Positions 38,319 through 51,904 of a DNA stretch of 64,000 bases are shown here, piece by piece; position 1 is the stretch's first letter; each line of letters starts with the position of its first letter. A model generated the notes under the pieces. That model saw only the letters and a program-made list of their open reading frames with translations, was not told where the DNA came from and ran no database searches. The translations under genes and the position numbers were made by a program. Source of the DNA: Octopus bimaculoides (Eukaryota); NCBI RefSeq assembly GCF_001194135.2, contig NC_068981.1, positions 115,839,045-115,903,044 of the forward strand, written 5' to 3'.

Positions 38319-38937
38319 TACGTCCTTTGTATTTCAGAAATTATCACGCTATATTATTTAATGTGATGTGCCTTGTTTCAATTTAGAATTTTGTGATTTT
38401 CGAAAATTGCACGATGTAAAAAAAAGGTAAGGTTAGCAGGTCAAGATATATTTCCTTTGTGAACGTCAACAGAAACGACAAGTAAATCTTGTTATTGAAA
38501 CACCGATGCTATTTACTGGAAGATAGCGAAATATACTTAATTAGAGAGACATATGTACTCACCCAGAAAATGGCAATGCATAACTTTCAAAAAATATCAC
38601 AAGAAGTAAGAGGGAATGTTAAACGAAAATGTCATTTTAAACCTTTGTAATAACCTATCGCCCGAAGCACATAAATATTCACTTAGTTTATCTTTTATTA
38701 CATTTCTGTTATATTTTTATTGACGAAAGCAGCTTTTATCGAGAAGACAATGATAAAATTTATTCATGTGTATGTGAAGTGTGTGTATATACATATGTAT
38801 ATATGTATATGTACACACACATACATACACACACAATCATACACGGTCACGCACACATATAGGTGACAAACATATATAGCATGACTATATATATTAATAT
38901 ATATGCACGTGTATTTATATACATACATATATATGAT

Positions 38938-39015
<78 letters not shown>

Positions 39016-39161
39016 NNNNNNNNNNNNNNNNNNNNNNNNNNNNNNNNNNNNNNNNNNNNNNNNNNNNNNNNNNNNNNNNNNNNNNNNNNNNNNNNNNNNN
39101 NNNNNNNNNNNNNNNNNNNNNNNNNNNNNNNNNNNNNNNNNNNNNNNNNNNNNNNNNNNNN

Positions 39162-39221
<60 letters not shown>

Positions 39222-39651
39222 TTAACATGGGTGTAAATATTTTATAGGGATATTTCAGTTGAAGATAGAAGGTTAAGTTTTTATATCACCTTTTCACCGT
39301 GCCTCAGCACCTCAAACTAAGGAGACACATAATTCGACCTTAGATTGTAACAGCTAGATTCTTTGACCATACATTAACAGGAAGAATTATAACCATACGT
39401 GCATACACGGGCGTCTGTTTGCATGTTTTTAAGTCTCTATGCGTGTTCACATACATACGTACATACATATGTATGTATGTACGTATGTATGTACGTATGT
39501 ATGTATGTATGCATGTATGTATGTATGCATGTATGTATGTATGTATGTATGTATGTGTGTATGTATGTATGTATGTATGTATGTATGTATTACAACATGC
39601 AAAATGGATTTTGGAGCAGATATTGTGAAAAAAGTGCTACAATTCTGTTGA

Positions 39652-39920
39652 TATAGTGGTTAGAGTGTTGTACTCATAATCGCGTTATCGTGATTTCAAT
39701 ACCTAGACCACCCGGTCAAGGAAATATTTCATCTCACATTGGTCTGCGATCACTTCGACACCTCATGCGTGGTACACCTTGCACTTGTTCAGACAACATC
39801 AATTTGATGGCGGAGTGAGCTAATATACGGTACGTACATTTGATAACTAAACACAAATCATCTGAGCAGGTCGCTCAGCAAACGCTGAACGCCTACAAGT
39901 CATCTTCAACGAGAGAGTCC
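39652..39920 (+). mobile_element. tRNA-derived SINE, family D
   Basis: AGTGGTTAGAGTGTTGTACTC head and GTGATTTCAATACC B-box-like word; body shared with 14640-14992. Confidence 0.55.
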
Positions 39921-39944
39921 ATCATATATATGTATGTACGTATG

Positions 39945-42315
39945 TCATTATTCAGTTTATTTCAAGATTTCTTGCCAATAGAGAAAGAACCGGTTTCTAA
40001 CCTCGATCCAAGGTTCCTTCGTTGGAATTTCAACCCCAACAGCAGGGTATCTTTGTTTGTATGTATGTATGTATGTATGTATGTATGTATTTGCAGATTT
40101 GTGTGTTTTATGTATGTATTCTCATGTATATAGTTAATACCTAGACATCTAGTCACATATCTAGATATTTAAATGATAAACATCTGGAAAGTTTTACAGA
40201 TTTTACAGTTCCGGTGGATTAGATCTGTAGTCTTCGAAGTAGCTTTCTCCTTTCTGGTTTTGAGAAGCTTAATTTCTCAAGATTCGTATTTAGGCAGTGT
40301 GTTACATATCCCACTGCCTCAATAATTACAACCTGAGCTCGTAATCTGGATAGAGTAACTGCTGACCTCTCAATAGTTCAGTATAGGTGTTCTCCTTTTC
40401 ACTGATCTTCAGATTTATGTTAACATCCGCTGGGCAGCTAATTTCCCTTCTCTGCTAACATTTTCTTGGGGTCTTCACTGGTACAATCCACCAGTATTCC
40501 TTTTCATTATGAGTGGCTATGGCTTCTACCATATTGTGGGTTCTTCTTTCTTTCTTTGTCCTCGAGATTATCCTTCCGACGGATTTCATTATAGAATTTC
40601 CTAGCTACAAAGTCATGTCTCCTCGGTAGATAATACCGTGGTGACATTTTCGGACAACTGCTTATGATGTGGGTGATATCTTCAATGTGAACTCCACAAA
40701 GTCTGCATCGGTTGTCACATTTTACGGCTTTTACAGCATCTGTATCCCTTTTGTACATCAGGAACTTGGTTGATATTTCCTGTTCCTGGATTGCAAAAGC
40801 ATACCCTTCAAAGTGGGAGGTAATAATCCGGCTATTGGTCCATGATACACTGCTTTGATGATCTATATTACTATCATTACGGAGCTTTCTACTAACAGTG
40901 CCATGTATAGCCTTCTGCTCATATAGACTCATCCTTTCATCTGGTGATATGTTGCGGTAGAGTCCTGCGACCTCTTTGGGCAAGTATTCTAGGTTATCAG
41001 ACAAAGAGTGTTGCTCAAGGAGCTGCCTTCCAAGTCTTATGATGTTATCATCTTCATGTATGCAAACTTGGTCAAGGGATGGACTTCGACATTTGGTGGT
41101 TAAAAGATGTTGCCGAAGGGATATGATAAGACATTCAAAGGCATTTTGGATCGATGTCAAACTTCTGCCGCCTTGTTTAGATTTTAGGTAGAGACGGTCT
41201 GCGTCACTGTTTATCTGGAAACTATGTGTGCTTGTTAGTATTTTTCGGGTTTTCACATCAATGGCTCAGATCTCGTCACGCGTTCAATCAAGCAGCCCAA
41301 ATGTTGGTATGAGTACTGGCACTGCAAACACACAGTGGGTTACTGTTTTATTGAATGCAGAGAGTTCTGAGGTTCAAATTTTCTTTATTCGGCTGTAATA
41401 TTCTTTAGTGACACGTTACAGGTGCCATTGTAAGATATATTTTTATCTACCCCTAGATACCTGTAACATCCCACGTCTGATAGAGGAGAAACAGTCAAAT
41501 CATTGACGGAGATGCTACTAGTCTGTTTTATAGTCTTCCTCCTTTTCACAACCATATAGCCACATTTGTCCTGACCAAACTCTAACCTTACATCCTTTGA
41601 GAATGTTGTAACTAGGTCAAGGATCTTCTTCATCTCATGCATATTCTTTGCATAAATTTTATGCCATCCCAAAGAAACAATGGTATTTCTGTTTCCTTGT
41701 GAACCAGTGATATATCCTTCAGACTTCCTTAACATGAACGAAAAGGGGTTTACAAAAAGTATAAAGAGCATCACAGAGAGGCTGTCCCCTTGGAATATGC
41801 ATTTGCGATATTGTATTCTATCGGTTATAATACAGTCACTCTTTGTGTTTAATTTCAAGATGGTGGCCCATGATGAAGTCAGGTCAGCTAAGGCTTTGGC
41901 TATTCTCACTGGAACTTAAGCAAGTTGAAGGGCTTCTAGCATCCATGAGTGGGGAACAGAGTCAAAGGCTTTCTTGTAGTCTAGCCACATTGGAACTAGG
42001 TTCCTCCTATGCTCTCTCACCTCTGACATCACAGTTTTGTTGATTAATAATTGCTTCACACATCTCCAGACTCAATTCTTTCCAGCTGCTTGTTCTGCTT
42101 TGATAATGGTATTGGATTCACAATAATCTTGGAAGGAGAGGTTTAAACATGCTGTATATATTTTATGCATTAAGTTCTGGCATGCAACTGGTAGTTGGTT
42201 TTTTCCATGTGGGTGGTTCTGCATTTGGGAATCAATTTTGTGTCTGCCAGAACTAGCCAGTGTGTTATGCTAATGTTCCCAATGAAAGCTTGTTGGTACA
42301 GATTCATAAGATATG
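39945..42315 (-). mobile_element. R4-clade LINE, (CATA)n-associated family, copy B (best preserved)
   Basis: RT (41385..41909 IFQGDSLSVMLF, FGQDKC, YRYLGV; WLDYKKAFDSVPHSW near 41950) and CCHC finger RCRLCGVHIEDITHIISSCPKMSPRYYLPRRHD (40507..41256). 3' end CTGAATAATGA|CATACGTACATAC; 5' end joins (CATA)n. Confidence 0.9.
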
Positions 42316-42326
42316 TATGTATTATG

Positions 42327-42360
<34 letters not shown>

Positions 42361-42376
42361 TGTATGTATGTATGTA

Positions 42377-42423
<47 letters not shown>

Positions 42424-42793
42424 TAGCTTTCAAAGAATATATTTCTAAGTATCGTAAACATGTGTGAATGATCACTATGATATGAGCAGAGTGACAACGC
42501 TTTTTCCACAATATCTTCTTCAAAATTTCTTTTGAGTTACATAATAATACACACCCATCCCATACACGTACGAACTGGATTAAATTTTGTGTACCGGATT
42601 ATGCAGTAAAAGACTGATGCCAGGAGAGATAAGCAAGTGCATAAGATTATGGAAATTCACCCTTTCATTCGTTCGATAAGAGAGTAATAATAGGAAATAT
42701 TCATCATAGAAATTTAGACAGTAGTCGATAAACTATTTAAGTTCTTGTTTGTATTTGATATCGTTCCACTGCTATATATTATTGATGTTGTTG

Positions 42794-42831
<38 letters not shown>

Positions 42832-43037
42832 GTTGTTGTTGTTGTTGCTGTTGTTGTTGTTATCATCATCATCATCATTATTATTATCATCATCATCGTC
42901 GTCATCATTATTATTATTACTATTATTATTAAAGTACAGTTCAGCACTGGGGTCAATGTAATCGATTTATCCCCTCCCCAGTTGCTGAACTTGTGCCAAA
43001 ATTTGAAATCATTATTATTATTATTATTATTATTATT

Positions 43038-43808
43038 AAATCTCTCGGGTAGTTCTTAATAACCGGTTATTCTTTACTTGAAAGCAGGCAGTAACAAATC
43101 ACCAAGGGTTTCAAGTGGTACCTTCTCCTGTGATTCAAACAGACAAAACTCGCCTTAGAATGCGAACTGTATCTCCTCGAGCCTGACAGCAGCTGCAATA
43201 TTCTCGTCCCGCAGTGGCTGGTATTTCTCAGTCTTTTCTTTTTCGTTAGATTTTACCCTCGAATCGCCTGGTATTGCAACATCTATTATCTTTATTTCTT
43301 TTTCGTCTTTATGGATGAGCACGAAATCTGATCATCTCACCTCTATGATTTCGTCGCACTGCATGTTAAAATCCCAGAATATTTTTCAATGTTCGTTTTC
43401 CATTACTCCCTCTGGCTTGTGTTCATACCATTTTTCGGCTTATTCAACGTTTGCTTTACTGCACAACAGCCAGTGGCGATATTTGGCCACATCGTCGTGT
43501 CTTCTATATTCCTGTTGTCCGAGCTTACAGCACTCACTAACAATATGGCTTATACTTTCTCCCTCCTCACAGTGGCAAGTCAGTGCTTTTATCAATGTGA
43601 TGTTTGGAGTAGTTCGTTCTTAGAGCTTGTTCTTGAGCGCTGCACACTAATGCCTCATTGGGCCCTTTTAAGACTCCTTTCTGCAGCCATTGCCAGGTTC
43701 TATTCCAAGCAATCTCATCTTCATTCTTCAAGAACTGACTGTGCATTTTCTTGTCCTGCCAAATTTTCTTCATCTGCTCTCTCGGGTCTTTCATAATTTG
43801 TGTTGGAT
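43038..43808 (-). mobile_element. Dong-like LINE 3' fragment (CCHC plus RLE) ending in (TAA)n
   Basis: WQWLQKGVLKGPNEALVCSAQEQALRTN, WYEHKPEGVMENE, IIDVAIPGD and EKTEKYQ. 3' end ...CCCGAGAGATTT|AATAATAAT. Confidence 0.88.
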
Positions 43809-43820
43809 CGTTCCCTAGTA

Positions 43821-43877
<57 letters not shown>

Positions 43878-43886
43878 GTCTATCTG

Positions 43887-43929
<43 letters not shown>

Positions 43930-44740
43930 CACACTCTCTTTCTCTCTCTCTTTCTCTTTCTCTCTCTCTTTCTCTTTCTCTTTTTCTCTCTCTCTCTCTT
44001 TCTCTTTCTCTTTCTTTCTCTCTCTCTCTCCCTCCCTCTCTCTCTCTCTCTATATATATATATATGCATATATTCACATATATGTATAAATATACATATA
44101 TATGTGTGTGCGCGTGCGTAGGAAAGAGAGAGAAAGACAGAGAAAGACAGAGTGAGAGAGTGTGTGTGTGTGTGTGTATGTGTGTGTGTGTGTATGTATG
44201 TGTGTGTGTATGTGAATGCACATACACACTTGCACGTTCATACACGTATATCTGGGCAGTGAAAATAGCAAGGAAGTGAGCCAGCTGTAAACAAGAGCAA
44301 CATGAACAACAACAGCAGCAGCAGTAACAACAGCCAGAAGAGTAACATTTCCAATGCGTCAACATATTTACAGCTCTTTCACTTAACGGCTGAAAGGGTC
44401 GGCAGGTCAGATAAGAATCTCACAAAGTTAACAAACAGACACGTAGATAATGTATTGAAATATTCCTACCCACCCATTCTTCTACCCGCAATTTTTTCTT
44501 ACACTTATGTTCTTTACCAATCCTTACACTATTTCTCGTATATTCTCGCGCAGTCTCTTTATCTCCCCATCCTTTTAATAGACGTCACACACATCTGTAT
44601 GTACTGCTTATGTGAGTTGCGATCCCAGACTTCACGATTTATATCCACTGTGAGTGTCTCAAAACGAGTACTCGCACAAATTTTCTACATATTTACTGAA
44701 ATGATTTATCTCCTCCTACTTAGTACGTTTCATATATTCT

Positions 44741-44947
44741 TTTCTGCTCTAGACACAAGGCTCGAAATTTTTGGTGGAGGGGGCCAATCGATTACATCAA
44801 CTCCAGTACGCAACTGGTACCTTAATTTATCGAAAGGATGAAAGGCAAAGTCGACCTCGGCGGAATTTGAACTCAGGTCGTAAAGACAAACGAAATGCCG
44901 CCAAGCATTTCGCCCGACGTGCTAACGTTTCTTCCAGCTAGCCGCCT
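44741..44947 (-). mobile_element. SINE family A, full length
   Basis: Close reverse-complement match to the split copy. Confidence 0.9.
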
Positions 44948-45005
44948 TTAGTATATTATACATTGATAAAATTCTTTATATTGTTTTGTAGAGTTCCCTT
45001 TTTGT

Positions 45006-45380
45006 AGGCGCAATGGCCCAGTGGTTAGGGCAGCAGAGTCACGGTCGTGGGATCGCGATTTTGATTCCCAGAGCAGGCGTTGCGAGTATTTATTGAGCGA
45101 AAACACTTAAAGCTCCACGAGTCTCAGGCAAGGGCCGGTGGAGAACCCTGCTGTACTCTTTCATCACAACTTTCTCTCACTCTTTCTTCCTGTTTCTGTT
45201 CTACCTGTATTTCAAAGGGCCAGCCTTGTCACACTCTGTGTCACGCTGAATCTCCCCGAGAACTACATAAAGGGTAAACGTGTCTGTGGAGTGTTCAGCC
45301 ACTCGCACGTTAATTTCACGAGCAAGCTGTTCCGTTGATCAGATCAACTGGAACCCTCGTCGTCGTAACCGACGGAGTGC
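45006..45380 (+). mobile_element. tRNA-derived SINE, family C, full length
   Basis: GGCGCAATGGCCCAGTGGTTAGG (A box) and TTTGATTCCC (B-box-like), followed by a 300-bp body. Confidence 0.75.
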
Positions 45381-45812
45381 TAGAGTTCCTTTTACTTACA
45401 AGTTATATTCGGTCAAATATCTCTCCCCCACTCTTCTCGCTCCCTCTCTGTCAACATGTAAGTTGCAGGGAACTAAGGCACACCAATACCAACACCAACG
45501 CAAAAGACTGGCAAATACGAACAAACGAGATGCCTTTGAGCAACAATGCTCAAGCACCCCCATCAAACACAACTTCAATAACAATTTCAACATCATCCCC
45601 ATCACTACCATAATCTCCATCACTACCACAACCACAACCACAACCACAGACACCACCACTACAGGCACAACCTAATTCACACGCACAATAGTTTGTACAT
45701 TTAAAAATTGAAATCAAAATTTTGATATCATAAAAAGTAAAGTAAGAGAGAGAGAGAAAGAAAGAAAGAGAGGGAGAGGAAGAGAGAGAGGAAGAGAGGG
45801 AGAGAGAGGGAG

Positions 45813-45935
<123 letters not shown>

Positions 45936-46829
45936 TATGAATTAATGAAAAGTTTTCGTGTGCGAATTTCGACGGTAACATTAAGAGACAGTATTAAAAC
46001 AACACTTGAACAAATACGCAGTAAAAAACTTAGAATATTTTGGGATTTGAGATTTGGTTTGTAAGATTCTTTTTCGTGTGTTGAAGCATATTTTGTTATG
46101 TCTGAGGAGAGCCATCCTCTTTTTGCGCCTTATTATTTAACACACTCACCGGTTCAGTTTCCACTCATTTACTTCTTTATTTTTTCTAATATTTTCGTTG
46201 CGTCTTGCAACCTTTTCAATAGTCAGAGATAATCATTGAAAAACTAAGCATGAAATATATATTCTACTCTGCATGTATTCCTTTACTGATTGGTCGATTC
46301 GTCCTCGTTAATGGTTCAGTAGAAATGTGTGCGACGCAAACAATATATAAGTGAATGTAGATTTATTTTAACAAGTGTAATATAGTTTTACTAGTTGAGG
46401 AAACCTGAAAATTAATAGTATTACTTCAGGTGAATATTATGAACAATTTTCAGATTTGAGAAAACTTGTCACCTAACCTCAGGATTAACGTTTCTTCTAA
46501 TTAAATGCTTAAATCGCAGTAATGGGTTAAGCTTGAATCCCAGCAATGGGCTATCCTTGAGCTAAACAAAATGTATTAATAGAAAGTACCAACAGCTAAA
46601 TCTCTCTTAAAGCACAGACCTTTTCGTTTGAAAATATTTTCAATTTGTTTTTCTTTTTTACCGAAAAGACTTCTCTCAACGTTTTAAGGTGCGTAGTGCC
46701 AAAATATTTTGCCAAAATCGGTCTGGAGGTGGGTGTAAAGTTTTCAAAAATTCTTTTTTATAACAATCTTCCCCGCATCATTTCGAAGGCCGTTGTAAAA
46801 AAAAAAATGGAAAAATCCCGTCAAACAGA

Positions 46830-47000
46830 GAAAATACAACTTATATGGGCGTCCTGATCCAAAACTCCGCCAACGTGAACTACGGCACTTGATAGAAGCT
46901 CTCAAGTAACTATTGTTACCACAAATAAGACAGCGTGGTTTTCTAGTTTTTACCACCGGTTTTGTTCATCATGTTTCTGTGCCTACACTTTGTACAGCTC
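46830..47000 (-). mobile_element. Possible Tc1-like transposase N-terminal relic
   Basis: Minus-strand ...SFGSGRPYKL resembles the GRPR-like linker; little else is conserved. Confidence 0.25.
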
Positions 47001-49299
47001 CAGAATAACCCTGGTGGCTTCTGCAATAGAGATTCAATTGTTTCATCAAATAAATTCCAAAGTATGGAATGGTTACGTATTACAATGGCTACTGTGCCAT
47101 TTATATAATTCTAAAGTGGAATCAGCGTGACACAAGATATTACAAGCACAATTCATGAGCCGGGCATCCACACAGTTTCTGTTACTTCAATTTCAGTCAC
47201 AAGACAGGGGTTGACACGAGTCCATAGTCAAGACACTTGCTCAAGATTCCACAATCTCATGATTTTGAAGCTAACTACATAATCAGTCAGCCATATATAC
47301 TTGTATGCCAATGAGTTGCGCTGCTTTCAACATATTTTATCCAGCATGACTGACAGAAGTCGTTATACTTGTCCTGCTTTTATCAACTGACTCCTATTTT
47401 GTTACTAGTTATCTAAATATTAAGCTTATATATACACATATATATACATATATATATACATATATATANNNNNNNNNNNNNNNNNNNNNNNNNNNNNNNN
47501 NNNNNNNTATATATATATATATACATATGCATGTATATACATGTATATACATATATATATATACATATATATATACATATATATAACGGACTATATATAC
47601 ATATACATAAATGCTTACATACACACACATGCATGCAAATAGAAATACACACACATCACACACACACACACACACACACGTGTGTGTACATTTATAAGTT
47701 TTTAGTAAGAATAATATATATATGTGTGTGTATGTGTGTGTGTATGTGTGCGTGCGCACGCGCGTGTGTGTGTATATACAAAAGCACACATACACCTACG
47801 TGTGCATGATATATGTACATACATATACATTAATACATACATGCCTTATATATGAATACACATAGAAACTCATATGTATATATATACATACACATACACA
47901 TATATATCTACATATTTCTATGTTATAACACACATACACACACACACACACATAAATATACTTATCTATATGAGTACGTATATGTGTATATATAGACGCA
48001 TATATACATATAAAAATGTAATGCTTGCATACGCATATGTTTGTGTGAGTGCGTGTGCATGTGTGTGTGTATTTAAGCCTGTTGGATTTTCTGTTTTCGT
48101 GCGTATGCTCATGTGTCTATACTCGTCTATATGTGTATGTGTTTACAATGCACTTCTCATAAATATGTATGTGTAGTGTTCTCATTCCGATCACCACCTT
48201 GAACTATATTGGAGATATATCTGTCGCTTGTGTTAAGAGAGGAGAAAGAGGAAGAGACATGTACATAGTTAGAGAGAAGAGAGATTTTTAAACTGAGAGG
48301 AGAGAAAGAGAAGTAAATGTAGAGGGAACAGGAGAGAGAGAGAGTGAGTGAGAGAGAGAGAGAACGAGAGTGAGAGAGTGAAAGAGAAAAAGAGAGAGAG
48401 AGAATAAGAGCGGTAGAGAGGAAGTGAGAATAAGTGAGAGAGAGAAAGAGCATGAGTGAGAGAGAGAGAGAGAGTACGAAAGGGAGAAAGAAAAGAAAAA
48501 CTGTTATGACAGCTGTTAGAATAGTTTCGTCATGAATAACACTCATCACCAGAGAAAGTTTCTGCTGAAAACCTGGCATCAGGCCGTTCTTGAAGAAACG
48601 ATGAGAACACTATGGGTGTCTAACAGCTCCCCCTTGCGGGCAGTCACTGCATGACTGTTTTTCTTATCGACTTCTTTTTTTCCTTTTAGTTTTGTTTTAT
48701 ATTTGTTTCTTGTTTTCCTTTCATTTTTTCTTTTATCATATTTCTTAAATGTTTTGTTTTTCTCTTTCGCTATTTTTCTTTTAAATATATTTCTTAAGAT
48801 TATTCTTCACTGGCTTCCACCCACAACTCCTTTGGGTAATTGTTTTCTTTCTTTTTTCTTTTGCTTTTTATTTTGAGAATGTAGAATGTCAGTAAACATA
48901 CACACACAAACATATACCTGCCTATGCATATACATACACAGCTACACACACACGTGCAAATATATATNNNNNNNNNNNNNNNNNNNNNNNNNNNNNNNNN
49001 NNNNNNNNNNNNNNNNNNNNNNNNNNNNNNNNNNNNNNNNNNNNNNNNNNNNNNNNNNNNNNNNNNNNNNNTATATATATATCCAGTATAATACATATAC
49101 ATGCAGACCACTCCACAAACATAAGTCACCCTCATTTCTTTTTTCCTCTCGTCCTCCCTCTCACTCTCTCTATGTGTGTATGCGCGTATGTGTGTATATG
49201 TATGTACATATATATATGTGTTATGCGTGTGAGTGCATGTATATGATGCATGTGTTTGTATTAGTGTGTATGTGTATGTTTGTGTGTGTGGGTTTCTGT

Positions 49300-49780
49300 C
49301 TAGTGTATCCTGATGGATTTCTGTGATGCTTCGGTTTTGTTTTTGCTTGACTTTATCATTTTTTTAAAAAATTAGATTTTAGATTTTTGAGTGTTCGCAA
49401 TGTTGGTATAATATATTGTTGGTGTTATTGATGATTAACCCCGTGACCTAGGATATAGCGTCCACAACTATCTATCCTACCATTTATGTATAGGTTGCGT
49501 AGGGCTAAGTCCACTCAGAAGCTTCTTGTCTCATTTGTTAGTCAGTGTTTCTCATTTGTTTTTCTCATTTGTTTGTCTCATTTGTTTGTCACACTGTATC
49601 TGTTTTACGTGGATGATTTTGTTGGACTCTAATGTTTTTAATGTTCCAACGCTCTGTTATGACTCCGATATCTCATTCCTGGACTACTTTCCTACTAAGA
49701 GGCAAACGTTCTGCTTTAGTTGAACACACATTTTTTTCACAAGTTCATATTGTTGGTGATTTTTATATACTATTGTGGTG
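49300..49780 (-). mobile_element. Possible decayed L1 AP-endonuclease N-terminal relic
   Basis: Minus-strand DSCGRYILGHG...YIIP resembles DxxGRYIxVxG..NIYxPN. Confidence 0.3.
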
Positions 49781-50214
49781 CGGGTATATTGTTTGCAGTT
49801 GCTACTGTGGTTCCTTAAGACCGTTATTTGAAGATAATGCTTTGAGCAAAAGCAATACAGAGGTATAATAAATGCAGTACAGAGGTATAATAAATGCACT
49901 AATATAATAAATGCACTAAAACAAACCTTCACATATAACTAAGATAACCAAGACGAATATGGCTTACTAAGCTTTCTTTAACAGCTAGATACTACAATCA
50001 ATTCTTCTTTAGTTCTTCTACAACCACCTGCACATCACAGCGTGCTCAAAAATCAATAAACAAAACTAAAGCAATGTTCATTAACCCTTTTTCACCAAGT
50101 GACAGAATAACAGTTAACATAATCCATCAACCACCAACATACATTCTGTAAAACGAATATTGACAAAAATACTGTCGATGGATCAAAGAAACACATCTCA
50201 CAGTGCATATGAAA

Positions 50215-50432
50215 ATATTGATTTCAAATTTTGGCACAAAGTCAGAAGTTTCGGAGAAGCAGGTAAATCGATTACATCGATTTCAGTGCACAAGTGGGAT
50301 TTATTTTATCGACTTCAAAAGGATGAAAGGCGAAGTCAACTTCGGTGGAATTTGAACTCAGAGCATAAAGACGGACGAAATGCCGTTAAGCATTTTGCCC
50401 GGCGTACTAATGATTCGGCTAGCTCGCTGCCT
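50215..50432 (-). mobile_element. SINE family A
   Basis: Reverse-complement head, B box and tail. Confidence 0.85.
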
Positions 50433-51169
50433 TTTCCAAGTCATAACATTACATCAGAATAAATACAACTTACAAACACGGCCAAAAAATAGACAATGGC
50501 TTCAACCTGCACATAAGCACACACATGCATCAACTTATCTCTTCTCGAATTCAGCAAAATCCTTTAATTTCGCATTCCTCGGTACCTGCTCATACGTTAA
50601 ATATTAAATTCTGTTTCAAACGACTATTACAAAAATGTGTTTTGGTTCATTATACTTAAATGTCAATTGTAGACGCTTCACATTTACCTTGAGGTACAAA
50701 AACAGCATCACTTTTAGATTATTTATACATTATATTTGATAAACTTTCGCTTATTTGTATAATGCTATAGCTATATCGGTAAGGGGTACATTACCCTTCA
50801 TTTTAGACATGAATGACTTATTTGTCAACATATCCAGTAGCAGTTAATCTCAAGCGTATAACATTACCAGACATTCCTAGACAATTGTTTCTGACAAAAG
50901 AACCCAGATTTCTATAAAGAGAACATCATAAAGGTCGAATTTATACTCTTCAGTAGGTGAGATTTAAAAGAAAATAAAAAGATGTCTAAAATATACATAG
51001 AATTTTTTCTTCGTTTTCATTATTATCTAGGTATTTGTATATTCATTCTTCCACTCATGATTTATTGAAGCAAGACTAAAAACTAAAGGACTTGGCTGCT
51101 TAAATATCTAATATTTAATTAATTAAATACCAGTCACACAATATGATCGATGGAAGCTTTACTTTAGCA

Positions 51170-51790
51170 TTCTTTAGGGTTAATAGCTGGCACGAACGAT
51201 GTTGCTTTCAAGGAGACACTGGGCGTCGATGAGAATCAACTGGCTAGTCTGATCCAGAGAACTTTCAGGCTGGGGCTTGTGGATAATTTCCAGAAATCTC
51301 TAACTTGACATTGCTACCGAGAGGTGGGATGAGACATTACCAGGTCATAATAAACTCTCCACATATGGATGTGCCGTCAGCCGAACATCCTTATGTGCGC
51401 AAAACGATGAAGCTGTTTTACACTCATTCATACAGTACCCGACTTATTGAGCTTTGTTGAATACCTGCAGCTGTGTGTGGGACAGATCCGTCGATCAGAT
51501 GAGTTCATCGTGAAAATCCTCCCATCACCTTCCTTTAGCTAGGAAGAGAGATAGTTTTTATCTGTCTGGTGGCATTAATGATTAAAGTTGTGTGGTGGAC
51601 CAGCTTGAAAGGGCTGAGGACAGACATCATTACTTGGTAAGCTCTCATCAACGTTTTGAAGTTACCTTCAAAAGGAAAATGAGGGTGGAGAGGGGAGCTG
51701 CCTTCCAGTAAATTCATTGAAAGGTGGATGAAGTAGTACTAATGGCCCGAGTGAACAGGCCTGTTCTAAGCATGCGCCTGTAGATAAAGA
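51170..51790 (+). mobile_element. Old Tx1-family ORF2 C-terminal fragment
   Basis: LGVDENQLASL..DNFQKSL..CYR, a degenerate C-x2-C..ETVLH..C finger, VVWWTSLKGL and KFIERWM..MARVNRPVLSMRL*. Confidence 0.65.
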
Positions 51791-51904
51791 GGGAAATTCT
51801 TCTATGGTCTAGTTAGCCGTGTATATATATGTTTGATGGCCTTTCTCATTGATGAGATTTGTTCATATTTTTATCTCAATATTTTAGCTGATATATATAT
51901 ATAT

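Noticed and set aside
45006-45085. tRNA gene
   Set aside because: It has A/B-box-like words but no complete cloverleaf and continues into a 300-bp repeat body, so it is a SINE head. The same holds for the other tRNA-like heads.
48495-48570. Hammerhead-like words on the minus strand (GTGATGA...GACGAAAC...AGCTGTC)
   Set aside because: C3 is substituted, stems are broken, and there is no adjacent recognisable PLE coding sequence; too weak to call.
49855-49920. 21-bp tandem duplication TACAGAGGTATAATAAATGCA
   Set aside because: An ordinary slippage duplication of two and a half units.
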